Below, piece by piece: positions 50,075 to 63,134 of a stretch of 64,000 bases of DNA; the first letter of the stretch is position 1; every line of letters starts with the position of its first letter. The DNA lies in assembly GCA_038087875.1 (NCBI GenBank), contig CM075983.1, positions 33,790,001-33,854,000 on the forward strand, given 5' to 3'. The position numbers were made by a program, and so were the translations under genes. The notes under the pieces were generated by a model, which was given only the letters and a program-made list of their open reading frames with translations, was not told the origin of the DNA and ran no database searches. This DNA is from Malacoraja senta. Taxonomy: Eukaryota.

Positions 50075-50617
50075 ATCAAGAGTCAAGAGTCAAGTGGGTT
50101 TTATTATCATATGTCGCAGATAGAACAATGCAGTTCTTACTTGCTGCAGCACAACAGAATATGTAAACATAGTACACTGTAAATAATATGATAAACGAGA
50201 GAGAAAAAAAGTTCAGTGTGTATATTTACACATACTCACATATATTTATTTATATATATATATACTCAAAAACAAACAATAATAGTGCAATAATAATATT
50301 AATATTCTATTGTAGTTCAGAGCTTATATGAGGTTGTTGTGTTTAGTAGCCTGATGGCTGTAGGGAAGAAGCTGTTCCTGAACCTGGACGTTACACTTTT
50401 CAGGCTCCTGTACTATCTCTCCGATGGCAGTGGTGTGATGAGTGTGTGGCCAGGATGGTGTGGGTCTCTGATGATGTTGGCTGCCCTTTTGAGGCAGTGA
50501 CTCCGATAAATCCCTTCGATGGTGAGGAGGTCAGAGCCAGTGATGGACTGGGAAGTGTTCACAACTTTTTGCAGTCTTTTCAGCTCCTGGACATTCAAGT
50601 TGCCGAACCAGGCCATG
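50075..50617 (-). mobile_element. Rex1-like LINE 3' fragment
   Basis: AWFGN...LQKVVNTSQSITG...CLKRAANIIRDPHHPGH; tail caagagtcaagagtcaag. Confidence 0.8.
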
Positions 50618-50619
50618 AA

Positions 50620-51008
50620 GCCACAGTTACTGCGCCCGTGGGCCCTCTGTCCCGACCCACGCTCGGGGTGTCCCAGACCCACATGCAGTAGCCGCCCTCG
50701 ACCATGCTATTCCTTCCTCTGGTTCTGGGGGGGGGGGTCCTGTGGCGGCAGCCTATACACGGGCCACTTATGCTCGAACCCTCGTCAGGAAGTACGAGGG
50801 CGGGCACGTGACGTCATGGGCTAGAGGGAGTGTCCTGGTACTTAAGGTCATCTCACCTCGAGACCACCAGGTGTTCAACCGGTAGCTGAGCCCGAGGGAA
50901 CAACCTCGCTCAGCTTCAGCACCAACCTAACGTGTCGACCCTTGAATAAACAACTGTTTGAACCGGCCTGACGTCTCCTCTTTATTCACCACGTTTGGTG
51001 CCGCTACA
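50620..51008 (+). mobile_element. 3' end of a Gypsy element: pol tail, polypurine tract and 3' LTR (50741-51008)
   Basis: G-run PPT at 50727-50737; LTR tgtggcggca...aataaa...tgccgctaca. Confidence 0.75.
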
Positions 51009-51714
51009 ATCTGTTGTTATTTAGACAATGGGATTGTCACTTGTGAAACTGAACAATGAGAGTCACGTTACTCACCCAGATCTCAATCTATGCTGGTCTG
51101 AGTTCACTCTGGGAATAGCAGGACATAATTCCTTAAGATCCATCATCCTAGAAATGTCAAATCTATTCGTAAAGGAGACAGTAAATGGGGAAGAAATTAA
51201 TGGATCATAGTATTAGTGTAAGTGGGTGCTTGATGCTCAGTGCAGGCTTAATGCACCTAATGGCATTTTCCATGATGTACAGCGTTACGATGACTTATTC
51301 TAATTCCCCGGAGAGAAGAGTACAAATAGATACACAAATTTTACTTTAGGAAACCAGCGGATACTTCACTCACCTGATGCTGGTCAAGGTCAAAGATTGA
51401 AGAATGACAATGTGTAAGAAGGAACTGCAGATGCTGATTTAAACCAAAGATACAAAAAAAGCTGAAGTTACTCAGCAGGACAGGCAACATCTCTGAAGAG
51501 AAGGAATGGGTAACGTTTCGGGTCGAGAAGAATGACAAGTTTGACTGATGCACGAGCTGAAAGACAGGAAGCACAATTTTAGTTTTAAGCCTATTGGAAG
51601 TGTATTTTTTTAAATAGGAAATTTCTGCTAAAACTGTTAGTATGATTGTCTCCCTCAAATGTGAAAAGAGTTTGTGCATTTTCCAATTATAATCTGAGTA
51701 ATTTTCTCCTCCCT

Positions 51715-51895
51715 TTGACCCAATGAGTCCACGCCAACCATCGATCACCCATCCACACTAGTTCCATGTTATCCCGGTTTAATATCCAGTCCCTACACAT
51801 TAGGGACATTTTAAAGAGGCCAATTACCTTACAAACCTGCACGTTTTTGGAATGTGGGAGATAAACCGGAATACCTGGAGGAAACCCAAGTGATC
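51715..51895 (-). mobile_element. V-SINE fragment
   Basis: Reverse match to the SINE at 9107 (ccaattaccttacaaacctgcacgtttttggaatgtgggag). Confidence 0.7.
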
Positions 51896-53699
51896 CAGCT
51901 GTGCCACACTGTATGCCATTGTACCGCTCTGATGCATGCAAGGCAGACTTGGTGAATGATTGCCAAAGTGAATACCCATTTCTATTCATTTAGCCCAGGA
52001 AAATGACTCAGTTTATAATTGGGAAATGCACAATCAACTGTTTTCACATCTGAGGGAGACAAATATTCTTACATACCAATTATACTAACCATTTTAGCAG
52101 TAATTTCCTATTAAAAAATACACTTGCTGTCACGGATTTCAGCGGCTAAAATACGTCACAAATATTCCAAATATGAATGAATATTTACCTTAATATACAA
52201 TTACCTTTCAGAATCATCAATTATACAGAAATGTGAATAGCATAAAGTATAACTGATATTTTCCAGTATATTGGCAGTGATAAACAGCAAAGAACATATC
52301 ACCCAGAAAGTAATGTAATTTTTTTGTAACTTCATAGCCAGATTAAGAAAGCAAGAATCTAGTTGGATAACAGAACATCAATAGATTTGAAATGGTCATT
52401 TCCTATTCAGACTAAAATGCAATATTTTGTTGCTTTGCAACATGTCTACAAATGGCAGTAATAAAAACTCCCGTTTCACATACTGGAATTAAATCATTAG
52501 AACATTTTTGGGGTATTATTATTTAGCTCTGTCCATCTTTGAAATAGAGCATTAATTATAATCAGCCGATTATTAAATGCCTTTGAGATTGACAAGTATC
52601 CAAGGTTAAACTTGTATCTCAAAGTGAATTGTTTCATTGATCGCAAGGATTGCAACTGAGCAAAATAAAATGTAAAGTTTCACCTTTTCATCTGTAGTTC
52701 TGAACAGAGAAATGAAGCCATTCATTTGGAAATGTAACCTTTGTGCGAATGCATGAAATTGTTGAAAATGTTATAATGCCTGATGCCTGAATAGGATCAT
52801 ATCAGACACAGGTTTAGAAGAGAACGCCTCAGTGTTAGGACCTTGTGATTGGCATTTTAAGATTATTTTATTTTCAGCATACATAATATAATCTTCCTAT
52901 CCCAAATGCAACTAATATGATTGTAAACTTTCAAATCTGTTTGGAATTTATTTGGTGCTTAGGTAAAGACATTTGACGCGCTACTAATGCATTTCAAAAC
53001 ACTATTGTGAATGCTCCTCAGGTCAGAAACAAGAATTCCACAGCTTGGACCAGATTATAGAAAAGCTGTTTTGTGAACAAAATCACAGTATAAAATGCAT
53101 TGTAAAGGTTTAAGAGAAAACTGAGCAGTAGCCTTTGAACTCTGTTAGCAGCAAGAAAATAAAATCATGTAGACTGAAGAGATAACAATAAATTTGAATG
53201 CTCAATGGCATTTGGGGATTCTTTGATACACTTGTGAGCACTTCTGTTGATTCAAGATAAAACTCTGCCTCTGATCTTCTGGGAATACCTGTGCAGACTG
53301 CAAAGATTATGATTGCCTCCAACCATACTCTTCTCAGTAGCTTCACAGATGCACAAATTTCCGTGAAGGACCTATCCATGTCACCTTTAACTGTGTCCAA
53401 ATAACATGTTAAGTTTACAAGGATTCCCAACATGAATGAGTCGTGTGATACAATCTGATGAAAAGGGTGCATCTTGTCTGTTGCAGGTACTGTGTGTTAA
53501 ACAGTATACAGAATTAGGAACCAATCTGTGTAAACAGTTAACAAATCAACATGTTTCCCTAATTTGATATCTGTACCTATCCCATCTATTTTTAAAAAAA
53601 TAATTTCAAGTTGTTAATCAACAAAGTATAATTAACTTCACTTATCCATGTTTTGTTAGTACATATTTGCATTCCACCTTAACATGTCTAGTTTCTGGT

Positions 53700-54560
53700 T
53701 ATTGACACCACTGTTGCTGGGTAAATAAAGGATAATAAGTCAGAGTATATGACATCTGACTGAATGGTACTAGGACATCAACCTTGCTATCAGCATTGGT
53801 AAAATCAAGGAATGGTTTGTTGACTTTAGAAGAGGAAGGCGAAGGATTCACAAACCTGACTTCATCGATGGGTCGGTGGTGGAGAGACTCAAAAACCTCA
53901 AGTTCCAGTGCATGCATATCTCTGAAGATCTGTCCTAGACCCAGCATATTGATGTAATCATAAAGAAAACCGATCAACATCTCTACCTCAGGAGATTGAG
54001 GAGATTCAATATGTTGACTAATAGTCTCTTGAACCTCTACAGGTGTACGGTTGAGAACATTTTGACTAGTTGCCTCACAGCCTGATTCGGTAACTCAAAT
54101 GCCCAGAAACAAAGGAGATTACAAAAAGTGGTGAACACTGCCTGTGCCATAATGGGTACTGATCTCCCCACCATCAAAGAGACCTATTGGAGGCACTGCC
54201 TCAAAAAGACAGCCAGCAACACCAAAGCCCTGGCCATGCTCTTATTTTATTCCTGCCATTGGGAAGAAGGTATAGCAGTATGAAAACTTATGTATAGGTT
54301 CAGGAGCAGCTTCTTCCCAACAACCCATCAGGCTATTGAACACTACAAAACTTAAACTAAATGCTTAATTATGAATTGCTTTGGTTACACTTGGGACTTG
54401 TTTTGCACTATGTTGCTTGTTTTTATACATTGAACTTCTTCATTTGTTTATTATGGTGTCTGCTGACTTCTAGATTTACATATCTGTTGCGTGACTGCAA
54501 GTAAGAATTTCATTGTTCTGCTTTGGGATATATGACAATATAACACTCTTAACTCTTGAC
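53700..54560 (+). mobile_element. Degenerate Rex1-like LINE 3' part
   Basis: gttgactttagaagagg (VDFRR), ctctacctcaggagattgaggagattc, caggagcagcttcttccc; tail acaatataacactcttaactcttgac. Confidence 0.75.
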
Positions 54561-54891
54561 TATTTTGCCAGGAAATTGTAAAGACTGTCCAAACACAGGG
54601 TGTCTTCACTCTAGTTTATTGCATACATTGTATTCGTATACACACATATTGCCCTAGCTGTTCGTTGTCCATTACCGGAGCTAGAGAGCGAGCTAGGGGT
54701 GGGAAGGTTACATTTATACTGAAGCTAATGGGGAGTGGTTAGTAGAAGTGAGGTCACCATGTTAAAGGAACATGCACGGCTCTACATCCTTCCCCTTGAA
54801 AAGGGAAACATAGCAATGATGACAGTGAGACCACGACTCATACGCTAGGCACAAACCCGCGCGTACATCGTCAGGAAAAAACTTGAAACAT

Positions 54892-56835
54892 TCAAGCAAA
54901 CTCCCCGTAACGTTCAGGCGGCTTGACCAGACGCCCGAAGCGGGTATGCAGCCCGCCTCCCCCCCCCTTCGAAGGTAGAGTGGGCACCGGGGCAGGAGCG
55001 GCGACAGGTGAACCGAAAGGGGAGTGAGCAGGAGGGGGAGAACGAGGAGACCGGGGAGGAGACAAGGTCACCGCAACGGGCACGCGAGCGGGAGATGGCT
55101 GATGGGGGGGGCCAGGAGGAGCAGCGGGAGAACGGGGCGCCAAGGGTTGCGAGGGCAGAGGAGCGGGAGGCAACGAGGCGGCAACCGGGGGAGCAAAAGG
55201 GGCTGCGGGAGGCGGAGCGGGCTCGTTGACCGGCAGCAAATGCTGGCGGGACCGGCGGTAGATTGTGCCCTCGTAGTCAACCAGGTAAGAGCGCGGAGAG
55301 TCGGCAAAGCCGACGACAACAGCCAAGCGGTGGTGTCCGGAGGGGGACTGCATCCGGACGACCTGGCCCTCGAAGAGGGGCTGAAGGGGACGGCATGACT
55401 TGTCGTGGGAGCGCTTCTGGACGACCTGTTTCTGGGTAATACGCTTCTGGACAGCAGCAGGGCTGCGGACTGCGGGCCGTAGCGACCGCTGGGAGACAGG
55501 GATTGGAGGGCGAGTGGTGCGGGACATGAGCCGTTGAGCCGGTGAGCCCATGGCAGGGTCGCGACTAATATTTCGGAGATTCAGTAGAGCGAGATAAAAA
55601 TCCGAATGCGACAGTCTGCAATGTTCCAGCAGCTCCTTGGCACTGCGGACGGCGCGCTCAGCAAGGCCGTTGCTCTGCGGGTACTCCGGGCTGCTGGTGA
55701 TGTGGCGAAAGTTGTAGGCGGCGGCGAATGCGCGGAACTCAGCACTCGTGAACTGGCCCCCGTTGTCAGACTGCACAGTCACAGGAATGCCAAAGGTTGC
55801 AAAGAGGGGTTGCAACGTCCCGATGACCGCAGCAGAAGTGAGGGAGTGCAGACGCTTAATCTCGAACCAGCTGGAGTAAGAGTCGACCAGGACCAGGAAA
55901 TGTTTGCCACGCCACTCAAATATGTCCGTAGCGACCGCCATCCACGCCAGGGCGGGGGCAGGCTGTTGCAGGAGTGGCTGGCGTTGCTGGTGGGGAGAGA
56001 GGGTATTGCAGGTGGAGCAGGCAGAGACCCTCTCCCGGATGTCCTGTGCCATGCTGGGCCAATAAAATTGGCTCTGGGCCTGGGACAGGGTGGCATCGGC
56101 ACCGGGATGGCCATTGTGGGCAGTTTGGAAATAGTGGTCCCGCAGAGCGGCAGGCACCACAACCTTGTGGCCCTTCACCACCACGCCTCCCTGCAGCACA
56201 AGTTCGTCCCGGACTAGGAAGTAGGGCGCAGCACCAGCCGGCAGGGGTGAGCGACGGTCAGGCCAGCCGCGACGGATGACGTCTATAAGCTGTTGCAGGG
56301 CAGGATCATTGGCGGTGTGGTGAATCAGGGACTGCAACTGCTGGGAGGGCATGAAGTTGACGTTTAGCACCATCAGGTCGGATGACTCGTACGGGTGGCG
56401 GGCTGTAGAAGCCAGCGGTGCGCGCGACAGCGTGTCGGCCACAAACATGTCCTTGCCCTTGCGGTACACGATTTGAAACGTGAAGCGTTGGAGTTGCAGC
56501 ATCATGCGCTGCAAACGGGAAGAGGCAACGTGGATCGGTTTGTTTAAGATCGTGACCAGCGGCTGGTGGTCGGTTTCGATAGTGAAGGTGTTACCTATAA
56601 TGTAGTCCCTGAACTTCGAGCAGGCAAACACCACGGCAAGGAGCTCTTTCTCGATCTGAGCGTAGCGTTGCTCGGTTGGGGTCATGGTGCGGGAGGCGTA
56701 GGAGACAGGTAGCTGCAGGCGGTCGTGGATCTGCAGGCAGGCGGCACCGAGACCGAAACTTGATGCATCGCAGGTAATGACGATAGGGCGCTTTAAGTCG
56801 AAGAACTTCAGAGTGGGGGCGCGAACCAGCCGGGA
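54892..56835 (-). CDS. Gypsy RNaseH-integrase part of pol, out of frame with the RT part
   Basis: TCDASSFGLGA, YAQIEKELLA and TDHQPL (RNaseH); HNGH...CSTC, TDIF, SDNGGQF and SNGLAERAV (IN); Pro-rich tail ending TRFGRLVKPPERY. Confidence 0.9.
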   Translation of the reverse strand, partial: SRLVRAPTLKFFDLKRPIVITCDASSFGLGAACLQIHDRLQLPVSYASRTMTPTEQRYAQIEKELLAVVFACSKFRDYIIGNTFTIETDHQPLVTILNKPIHVASSRLQRMMLQLQRFTFQIVYRKGKDMFVADTLSRAPLASTARHPYESSDLMVLNVNFMPSQQLQSLIHHTANDPALQQLIDVIRRGWPDRRSPLPAGAAPYFLVRDELVLQGGVVVKGHKVVVPAALRDHYFQTAHNGHPGADATLSQAQSQFYWPSMAQDIRERVSACSTCNTLSPHQQRQPLLQQPAPALAWMAVATDIFEWRGKHFLVLVDSYSSWFEIKRLHSLTSAAVIGTLQPLFATFGIPVTVQSDNGGQFTSAEFRAFAAAYNFRHITSSPEYPQSNGLAERAVRSAKELLEHCRLSHSDFYLALLNLRNISRDPAMGSPAQRLMSRTTRPPIPVSQRSLRPAVRSPAAVQKRITQKQVVQKRSHDKSCRPLQPLFEGQVVRMQSPSGHHRLAVVVGFADSPRSYLVDYEGTIYRRSRQHLLPVNEPAPPPAAPFAPPVAASLPPAPLPSQPLAPRSPAAPPGPPHQPSPARVPVAVTLSPPRSPRSPPPAHSPFGSPVAAPAPVPTLPSKGGGGGLHTRFGRLVKPPERYGEFA

Positions 56836-56836
56836 T

Positions 56837-58912
56837 TCAAATAAATTTCCCCAGATAGTTCATCATGCCCAAGAAGCGTTGCAGGCTTGGCACGTCGACC
56901 GGAGCTGGCATCTCTGAGACCGCAGCTGTCTTCTGTGGGTCTGGTTTCAGACCCTCGGCCGTAAAAACGTGGCCCACGTAGGTGACCTCTGGGACGCGGA
57001 AACGGCACTTCTTGGGGTTCAGTTTGAGGTTGATTTCCCGAGCCCGATCCAGGACCAGACGGAGGTGGAGGTCGTGCTCAGCGACGTCCCTCCCGTACAC
57101 CAAGATGTCATCAACGATGATAGCACACGGCAGACCTGCAAATAGCTGCTCCATGGTGCGCTGGAAAACCTCGCTGGCAGAATTGATCCCGAAAGGCATG
57201 CGGAGGAAACGGAACCTGCCGAAAGGTGTACCAAACGTGGTCAGTAAAGATGAACGTTCATCCAGCGGAATCTGCCAGAAAGAGTTCTTGGCATCGAGGA
57301 CAGAGAATACAGTGGCCGGGCCAACCTTTGCAGCGACATCCTCCACCGTTCGCATGGGGTAGTGCGGGCGCTTGATGGCAAGGTTTAGGTCCTTGGGGTT
57401 GATACAGATCCGAATCTCACTCTTGTCCTTCTTAGCAGCAACGACCATGGTGGAGACCCACCGGGTAGCATCGCTCACTTCCTTGATGATGCCCATGGCC
57501 ACCATCTGGCGTAGAGTGGACTCCACCTTGTCCTTCATAGCAAAGGAGACGCGGTGAGGAGGGCGGACTATCGGATGGACCTCCGGGTCCACCTCGATTT
57601 CGTACTTGCAAGGTAGTTTGCCCAATACTTCGTCAAAACGGTCGGGGTACTCGCACATGGGATCCATGGGGGTCTGCACCGGGTGGATGTCGTGGTGGAA
57701 GGACACCAAACCGAGGTCCTGGCACGCACGGGCGCCCAACAGAGTAACATTCTCAGATTCCAGCAGGAGGAAAGAGAGGGGCCGAGAGGCCTTCAGAACT
57801 GAGCAGATAAGGGTGGCCTTGCCGACTGGGAATAGCATGCTCCCCCCATATGCACGGAGGCGGGAGTGATCAGCGGTAATGTTCTCACCAGCTCTTATCT
57901 GTTGAAAAAGACTTAACGACATAATATTCGTAAACGCCCCCGTATCTACCTTAGCAGAGAAGGTCATCCCATTCACAGTAACTCGAACTGATGGATCAGC
58001 TATCACAGCATGTGCACCCAGGACTGAAAAAACAAGCGATTCATCATGGGAGGAGCTGTTATCAGAATCAGGGAGTTCGACTGGAAGGTATTCGGAGTCA
58101 TAAACAATGTCAGTAGCAGTCAGGCTGTGTAGACTCTTTCTCGGAGCAGGGACAGGCTGGCCCCTGGAACGGCACGCTGCGGAGAAGTGATTAAGCTTCT
58201 TACATAAATTACAAATCTTGCCCAGAGCAGGGCAAACATCAAATTGATGATTGACAAAGTTGCAGTTTGGGCATCGGCGAGGGTTGGCCCTTGCAGGCGC
58301 AGGGGTGCTACGCTGGCGTGGCGGGCCATCGCGCCGCGGACGTCCAGCAGCACCGGCATAGTTAATGTCCTCAGCTTCAGGGGGAGATACGGCGTCGACA
58401 GCAGCAGACATGCGAGAGGCATGCAAAGCGTCGTTTAAAGTGAGGTCCGGCTTTCTCAGAAGCTCAGCCCGTAGCTTCACGTCCTGTAGACCGTGAACTA
58501 GGACATCTCTGATCAACTGATCGGCGGTCAACGTCTCCAGGTGGCAACGCCGGGCCAGGTGACGCAGCGATGCCACGAAGGTATCGATGTGCTCCCCGGG
58601 TTTCTGGCGCCTGCTGAAAAACTTGAACCGCTCTAGAATGGAGTTGGTGGGAATGTCACACAGCGCGGCAAATTTATTGATGAGACACACGGGGTCCTCT
58701 GCATTCTCACCAGCGGCGTACTCAAAAGATTCAGAACGTTCCATGGCCTCCGGGCCAGCCAGGTTGAGGAGCAGATGTGCTGTAATCGCAGGGGTAATAT
58801 TAGGATGAGCGATGGCGACATAGTGCTGGAAGTCGCGCCGGAAAATAGTCCACCGGTGGACGATGTCCGAGTCAAACACCAGAATGTCAGGCTTTCGACA
58901 CGAGGTGGCCAT
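56837..58912 (-). CDS. Gypsy gag-PR-RT polyprotein, N-terminal part, truncated by a deletion/frameshift
   Basis: MATSCRKP start; two zinc knuckles CPNC..H..C and CNLCKKLNHFSAAC; KVDTGA (PR); LDAKNSFWQ, RMPFGI and IVDDIL (RT). Confidence 0.9.
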   Translation of the reverse strand: MATSCRKPDILVFDSDIVHRWTIFRRDFQHYVAIAHPNITPAITAHLLLNLAGPEAMERSESFEYAAGENAEDPVCLINKFAALCDIPTNSILERFKFFSRRQKPGEHIDTFVASLRHLARRCHLETLTADQLIRDVLVHGLQDVKLRAELLRKPDLTLNDALHASRMSAAVDAVSPPEAEDINYAGAAGRPRRDGPPRQRSTPAPARANPRRCPNCNFVNHQFDVCPALGKICNLCKKLNHFSAACRSRGQPVPAPRKSLHSLTATDIVYDSEYLPVELPDSDNSSSHDESLVFSVLGAHAVIADPSVRVTVNGMTFSAKVDTGAFTNIMSLSLFQQIRAGENITADHSRLRAYGGSMLFPVGKATLICSVLKASRPLSFLLLESENVTLLGARACQDLGLVSFHHDIHPVQTPMDPMCEYPDRFDEVLGKLPCKYEIEVDPEVHPIVRPPHRVSFAMKDKVESTLRQMVAMGIIKEVSDATRWVSTMVVAAKKDKSEIRICINPKDLNLAIKRPHYPMRTVEDVAAKVGPATVFSVLDAKNSFWQIPLDERSSLLTTFGTPFGRFRFLRMPFGINSASEVFQRTMEQLFAGLPCAIIVDDILVYGRDVAEHDLHLRLVLDRAREINLKLNPKKCRFRVPEVTYVGHVFTAEGLKPDPQKTAAVSEMPAPVDVPSLQRFLGMMNYLGKFI

Positions 58913-61900
58913 AGTACTTAAATAGTTGGAAAGGAAAATAAACACTTGGAGAAAAGAAAACAAACCCGATGAACAGGAGACGCAGGGTTAACTTCTGACA
59001 ACCATGTAAAGACTGTCCAAACACAGGGTGTCTTCACTCTAGTTTATTGCATACATTGTATTCGTATACACACATATTGCCCTAGCTGTTCGTTGTCCAT
59101 TACCGGAGCTAGAGAGCGAGCTAGGGGTGGGAAGGTTACATTTATACTGAAGCTAATGGGGAGTGGTTAGTAGAAGTGAGGTCACCATGTTAAAGGAACA
59201 TGCACGGCTCTACAGAAATTGCTAAAGATACAAGTTGATAATGGGTGCAGAGTGAACAAAATGGCTGAGTCTTTGTGAACAATGGCGGTGTATCGCCACG
59301 TTGCAGCACATGGATCATCAGTGCATCCCTCTAACTGTGAAATTTGAGGAATGAGTGGATGAAGTTCTATGAAAGAAGCAAATTTGAGTGCATGAACTCT
59401 ATGCCTAATCAGATCCAGGAAAGGAAACATAAAGGAAGTAGAAGTAAAAACAATAAAGAGAACAAATGGGGAAAATAGGAGGCAAAGAAAATAAAGGAGA
59501 AAAACAATACAGACTTAATTCTGTTTACTGCATGAAGAAATGAAATGCCTCACTCAAAACGTGATAAAACCTCTCAGAAACCGAAGGGATATTGAAAAAA
59601 ATGCAATTCTCAGAATCTAACAGGCATTGAGCATTTGAACATTGGCTTACAGATCCACATTCATTCACTATTTTTGTTTTCCTTTTGATTTCCTAGCACT
59701 TATATTGAATGCAACCCAAGGGACTTAGCGGCAGAGTGTTGAGATCCCAGCTCTGACTGCTAACAGTGATGTGACAAATGCCAGATAATCACCAGATATC
59801 TCAGCAAACAAGTAATTGTGTCTTGAAAATGCATGTCTGATCAGTACTCACCAGCTGGTTCATTCTGATTGATTGTAATGTGCAGTGTTCTGCACAACAC
59901 AGTGCATTACCAAGGATTTGCCCTTCAAGCCGAACAATGAACAACATTCTCTTTTGAATAACAGAGGAGATGGAAGGCAATACAGATCATGCACCACCAG
60001 TGGCAGAATACCCCTGCTGTGTCATGTTTAATTAGGTTCAAACTAAATCCATGCAGTTTTTACTTCTACATCCTTCCCATAATGCAATGAACACAACCAT
60101 TCTGCAGAATGCTAAAGCTGTCTTAGACAACCACTTTGGTCCATCTATAATTAATTCATTCTAAGCTCACCCAGTCTAGTTTCAGTCAATAAAATACTGA
60201 ATCAAGCACTTGAGCAACTAAACTTTATTTTGGATAACGCAACACAAATTCCCCTATACAATACTTAACCACCGTGGGTTTGATCCTTGTATCTGCTTGG
60301 CCAAGCCCTTCCAGCCTCGTGCAAGCAGAGACTCTCCTAAAGGTCACGCAGTCCCAAGCGTTCTTCCCGAAGATCGACATCCGAACTCATGGGAGCTACC
60401 TATTATAGGTCCCCGAACCTTGAGAGGCCAAACCAAATGGGGGTGGATTCTGTACAGTCGAATAACACATATTGATTACAACAGTACATGATGGACAGTT
60501 CCCCAACCCAATAACATAGTAACTAATACATTGTATTTGAAAGGAGCTTCTAGAAAGAAGCTAACACAGATGAATAATGTAACATGTGCCTTGAGATTCA
60601 GACAATCCAGTCAAAGCTCAACATTTCAACCAATCAACAACTATCCAAATAAGGCTTTGCAACATTATTTAAACTATGTATATCGGTTTTGCATTGACCC
60701 AATTAGTTCTATACATTTTACACCTCATTGTAAGGCTACTGCAGATGTACCATTCTTTCTCTGCAGATCTCATCTAGGCCACAGACAAACTGGCACCATT
60801 CAGCAGCTTGTCTCAGTTCTGCAAAGGCACATTTAACTTGACCAAAAAGGCCATCAGCCCTTACACAATTTTAATACCATGGCTGCTCCAATTTAGCCTG
60901 GATTAACATTCCTTCCTTTTATCATATATGATAAACCATCATTTATGATAACCTAATAATCAGATAATCAGATAATACATGGGTGACTATTGCATTATCA
61001 ATCTATTAACAACAACAAGATTATGATGTCTCATCCCAGAATCTCATCAAGCTTCCTGAGTTTTAGTGGGCGCGAATCCCATCCATCCGCATTGTCAATC
61101 CCTCTGTACTCCATCCATGGTTGAACCTATAATTCCTGAAAAACTTGGGACAAAGCAAGTTACCATTCATGCACTAATGCTTTCCCATACATTACTATTC
61201 TGTCAGTCACAATCCCTTTTTCTGTTTACTATCACTATTCTATTCCATAATATAATCTTTCCTATCCAAGGATCAACACTAATCAGCCCTCTCCATATTC
61301 AGACAATGTTCTGCAATGTATATCTGATAATGGTTTCGCATATAAATTTCAGCTGGGTTCAGTTCAGATTTCCCTACAGGCGTGACTCTTATTTAAAGCA
61401 AACCATAAGGCATGTTTCAATTCAACCAAATTCAGTCTCAGCCTTCAATATATATTTTGAGTTTTAGGATCCGTCTCACCCTCTTCATTCCACAGCTTGT
61501 GGTCAATTACACAATTCAATCCAATCCCTGTGGAATTCCCAGCTGTTCAAATTTAATCAATTAATTTCCATACGTTGTCAATTTTATTATAAGACCAATT
61601 AAGAATGTCGAATCTAGGGACAATTTCTTTACACCTTGATAATAGGAGCCGCTTTACTATCAAGGGTTAGACAAATTTAGATCCACCGGTCAAATACATC
61701 GACTCTGAGACAAGTACCCATTCCCCTATTATTTCTTCTAATTTAATACGACTTCCCCCCCAGTAACTCTTTCTTAGGCGGTTCACTTTGGTTTCTCGAA
61801 ATGGGGTTCTGCTATTCACATTTCCTCTTTCTTACTATTTCAATGCCAATGGGAACATTTCAATGTTCCCTGAATATCCCTCCATTTTACCAGATCTGCC

Positions 61901-62622
61901 CAAGTTCCAACCTTCCCTGATGTTCTTTGACTAATCCTTCCCATCTTTGGCTGCCTGTCTGGGGATGAAACAATAATAATACCAAGTTAATAATCAGATT
62001 TTAAATACTCCTAAGCCAGATCTCATGAGTCAGTTCCAAATCTCAAGCTTTCAAGTCCTTCCAATTCATCACCATACAATTTAGAGATCAAATTCAGAAT
62101 TTTGTCAATTTATTTCTAATGACTAGAATTTAGGCCCAAAGTAGGTGTCCCCGAACCACAGAGGAGTATTTATTTTCAAATCTAATTTGTTCTAATTGGT
62201 GCTTGCCCCAAAAATCTTCAGAGGTTGTTTGTATTTCTTTAGAGAGTTTCAGATGTTGTTCTTTTCTTTTCCCTTCACTGGTGTCAAACATATGGTATGT
62301 TAAAGTTGGCCACTAGGGTAGGTGTCTTCTTCTTCTTTCTCGATGTTAGTTCCAAAGGAGTAGGAATACCGAGGAGTAGCCTTCTTTATTTGTTGACCTT
62401 TCCCAGGTTGTATACTAAAGGAACAGGACAGTATAATTTATTCTTTGTTGTTGGTCTTTGTCTCTGGGGAGCTAACTGGATGGAGATAATGGCTACACAT
62501 CCTACCTGAGCTGTGTCTTCTGCCCTTTCTTAAGGGTCCACATACTCTTTACCTCACTCCCCAGATAGTGGCATGTTGTAAGTAACACTGTCCTGCAGGC
62601 ACAACAACTTTATAACAAGTTA

Positions 62623-63134
62623 TGCCCCTGTCCCACTTAGGAAACCTGAACGGAAACCTCTGGTGACCTTGCACCCCAACCAAGGTTTCCATGAGTCGCC
62701 AGAGGTTTTGGTCACTCGCCTGGAAAAGGGAGAGAAGGGGAGAGAAGGGGGAGGAGAAGGAGTGGAGACAGTTTTAAGAAGTTTATTAAAGTTTAGCAGG
62801 CATTTTACCTTCCGGCGGATCTACTAGGTCCTGATAACTCCAATGAGCCAATCAAAATGGCCGGTCAGCGAAGGAGATTGCCTTTGACTGCCTGTAAGTA
62901 AATAGCGACCCCACTCCACTGGCTTTGATCTAACGGCAACATATTTTTAGTTGAGGCCAGTTTTGATTTTGTTGAAATAATCGAAGGAACATAGAAGAAG
63001 CCACGACCACGCGGAAACCACTTTCGACCATTAGGGAGAGTGACCAAAACCTCCGGGAACCTCATGGAAATCTTGGGTGGTCACCAGAGGTTTCCAGAGG
63101 TTTCCATTCAGGTTTCCTAAGTGGGACAGGGGCA
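62623..63134. mobile_element. PIF/Harbinger-type MITE
   Basis: TIR tgcccctgtcccacttaggaaacctgaacggaaacctctgg / ccagaggtttccattcaggtttcctaagtgggacaggggca; 3-bp TSD TTA at 62620-62622 and 63135-63137. Confidence 0.9.

Larger units (their letters stand above)
54577..59214 (-). mobile_element. Mag-clade-like Gypsy LTR retrotransposon, young, full length apart from one internal deletion
   Basis: 210-bp LTRs 54577-54786 and 59005-59214 (TG...CA) look identical; 5-bp TSD GAAAT at 54572-54576 and 59215-59219; PBS TGGTTGTCAGAAGT (tRNA-Leu-like); PPT aaggggaagga. Confidence 0.97.

Noticed and set aside
37130-51008. Idea that the LTRs at 44390-44623 or 50741-51008 belong to the Gypsy fragment at 37130-39265
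   Set aside because: The first has its own TSD (solo LTR) and the second is on the opposite strand; no linking sequence seen.
53110-53472. 120-aa minus ORF in non-repetitive-looking DNA
   Set aside because: No motif, no clear splice context and no other exon support.
55008-58808. Plus-strand ORFs (up to 203 aa) opposite Gypsy pol
   Set aside because: Antisense shadows of a GC-rich coding region.
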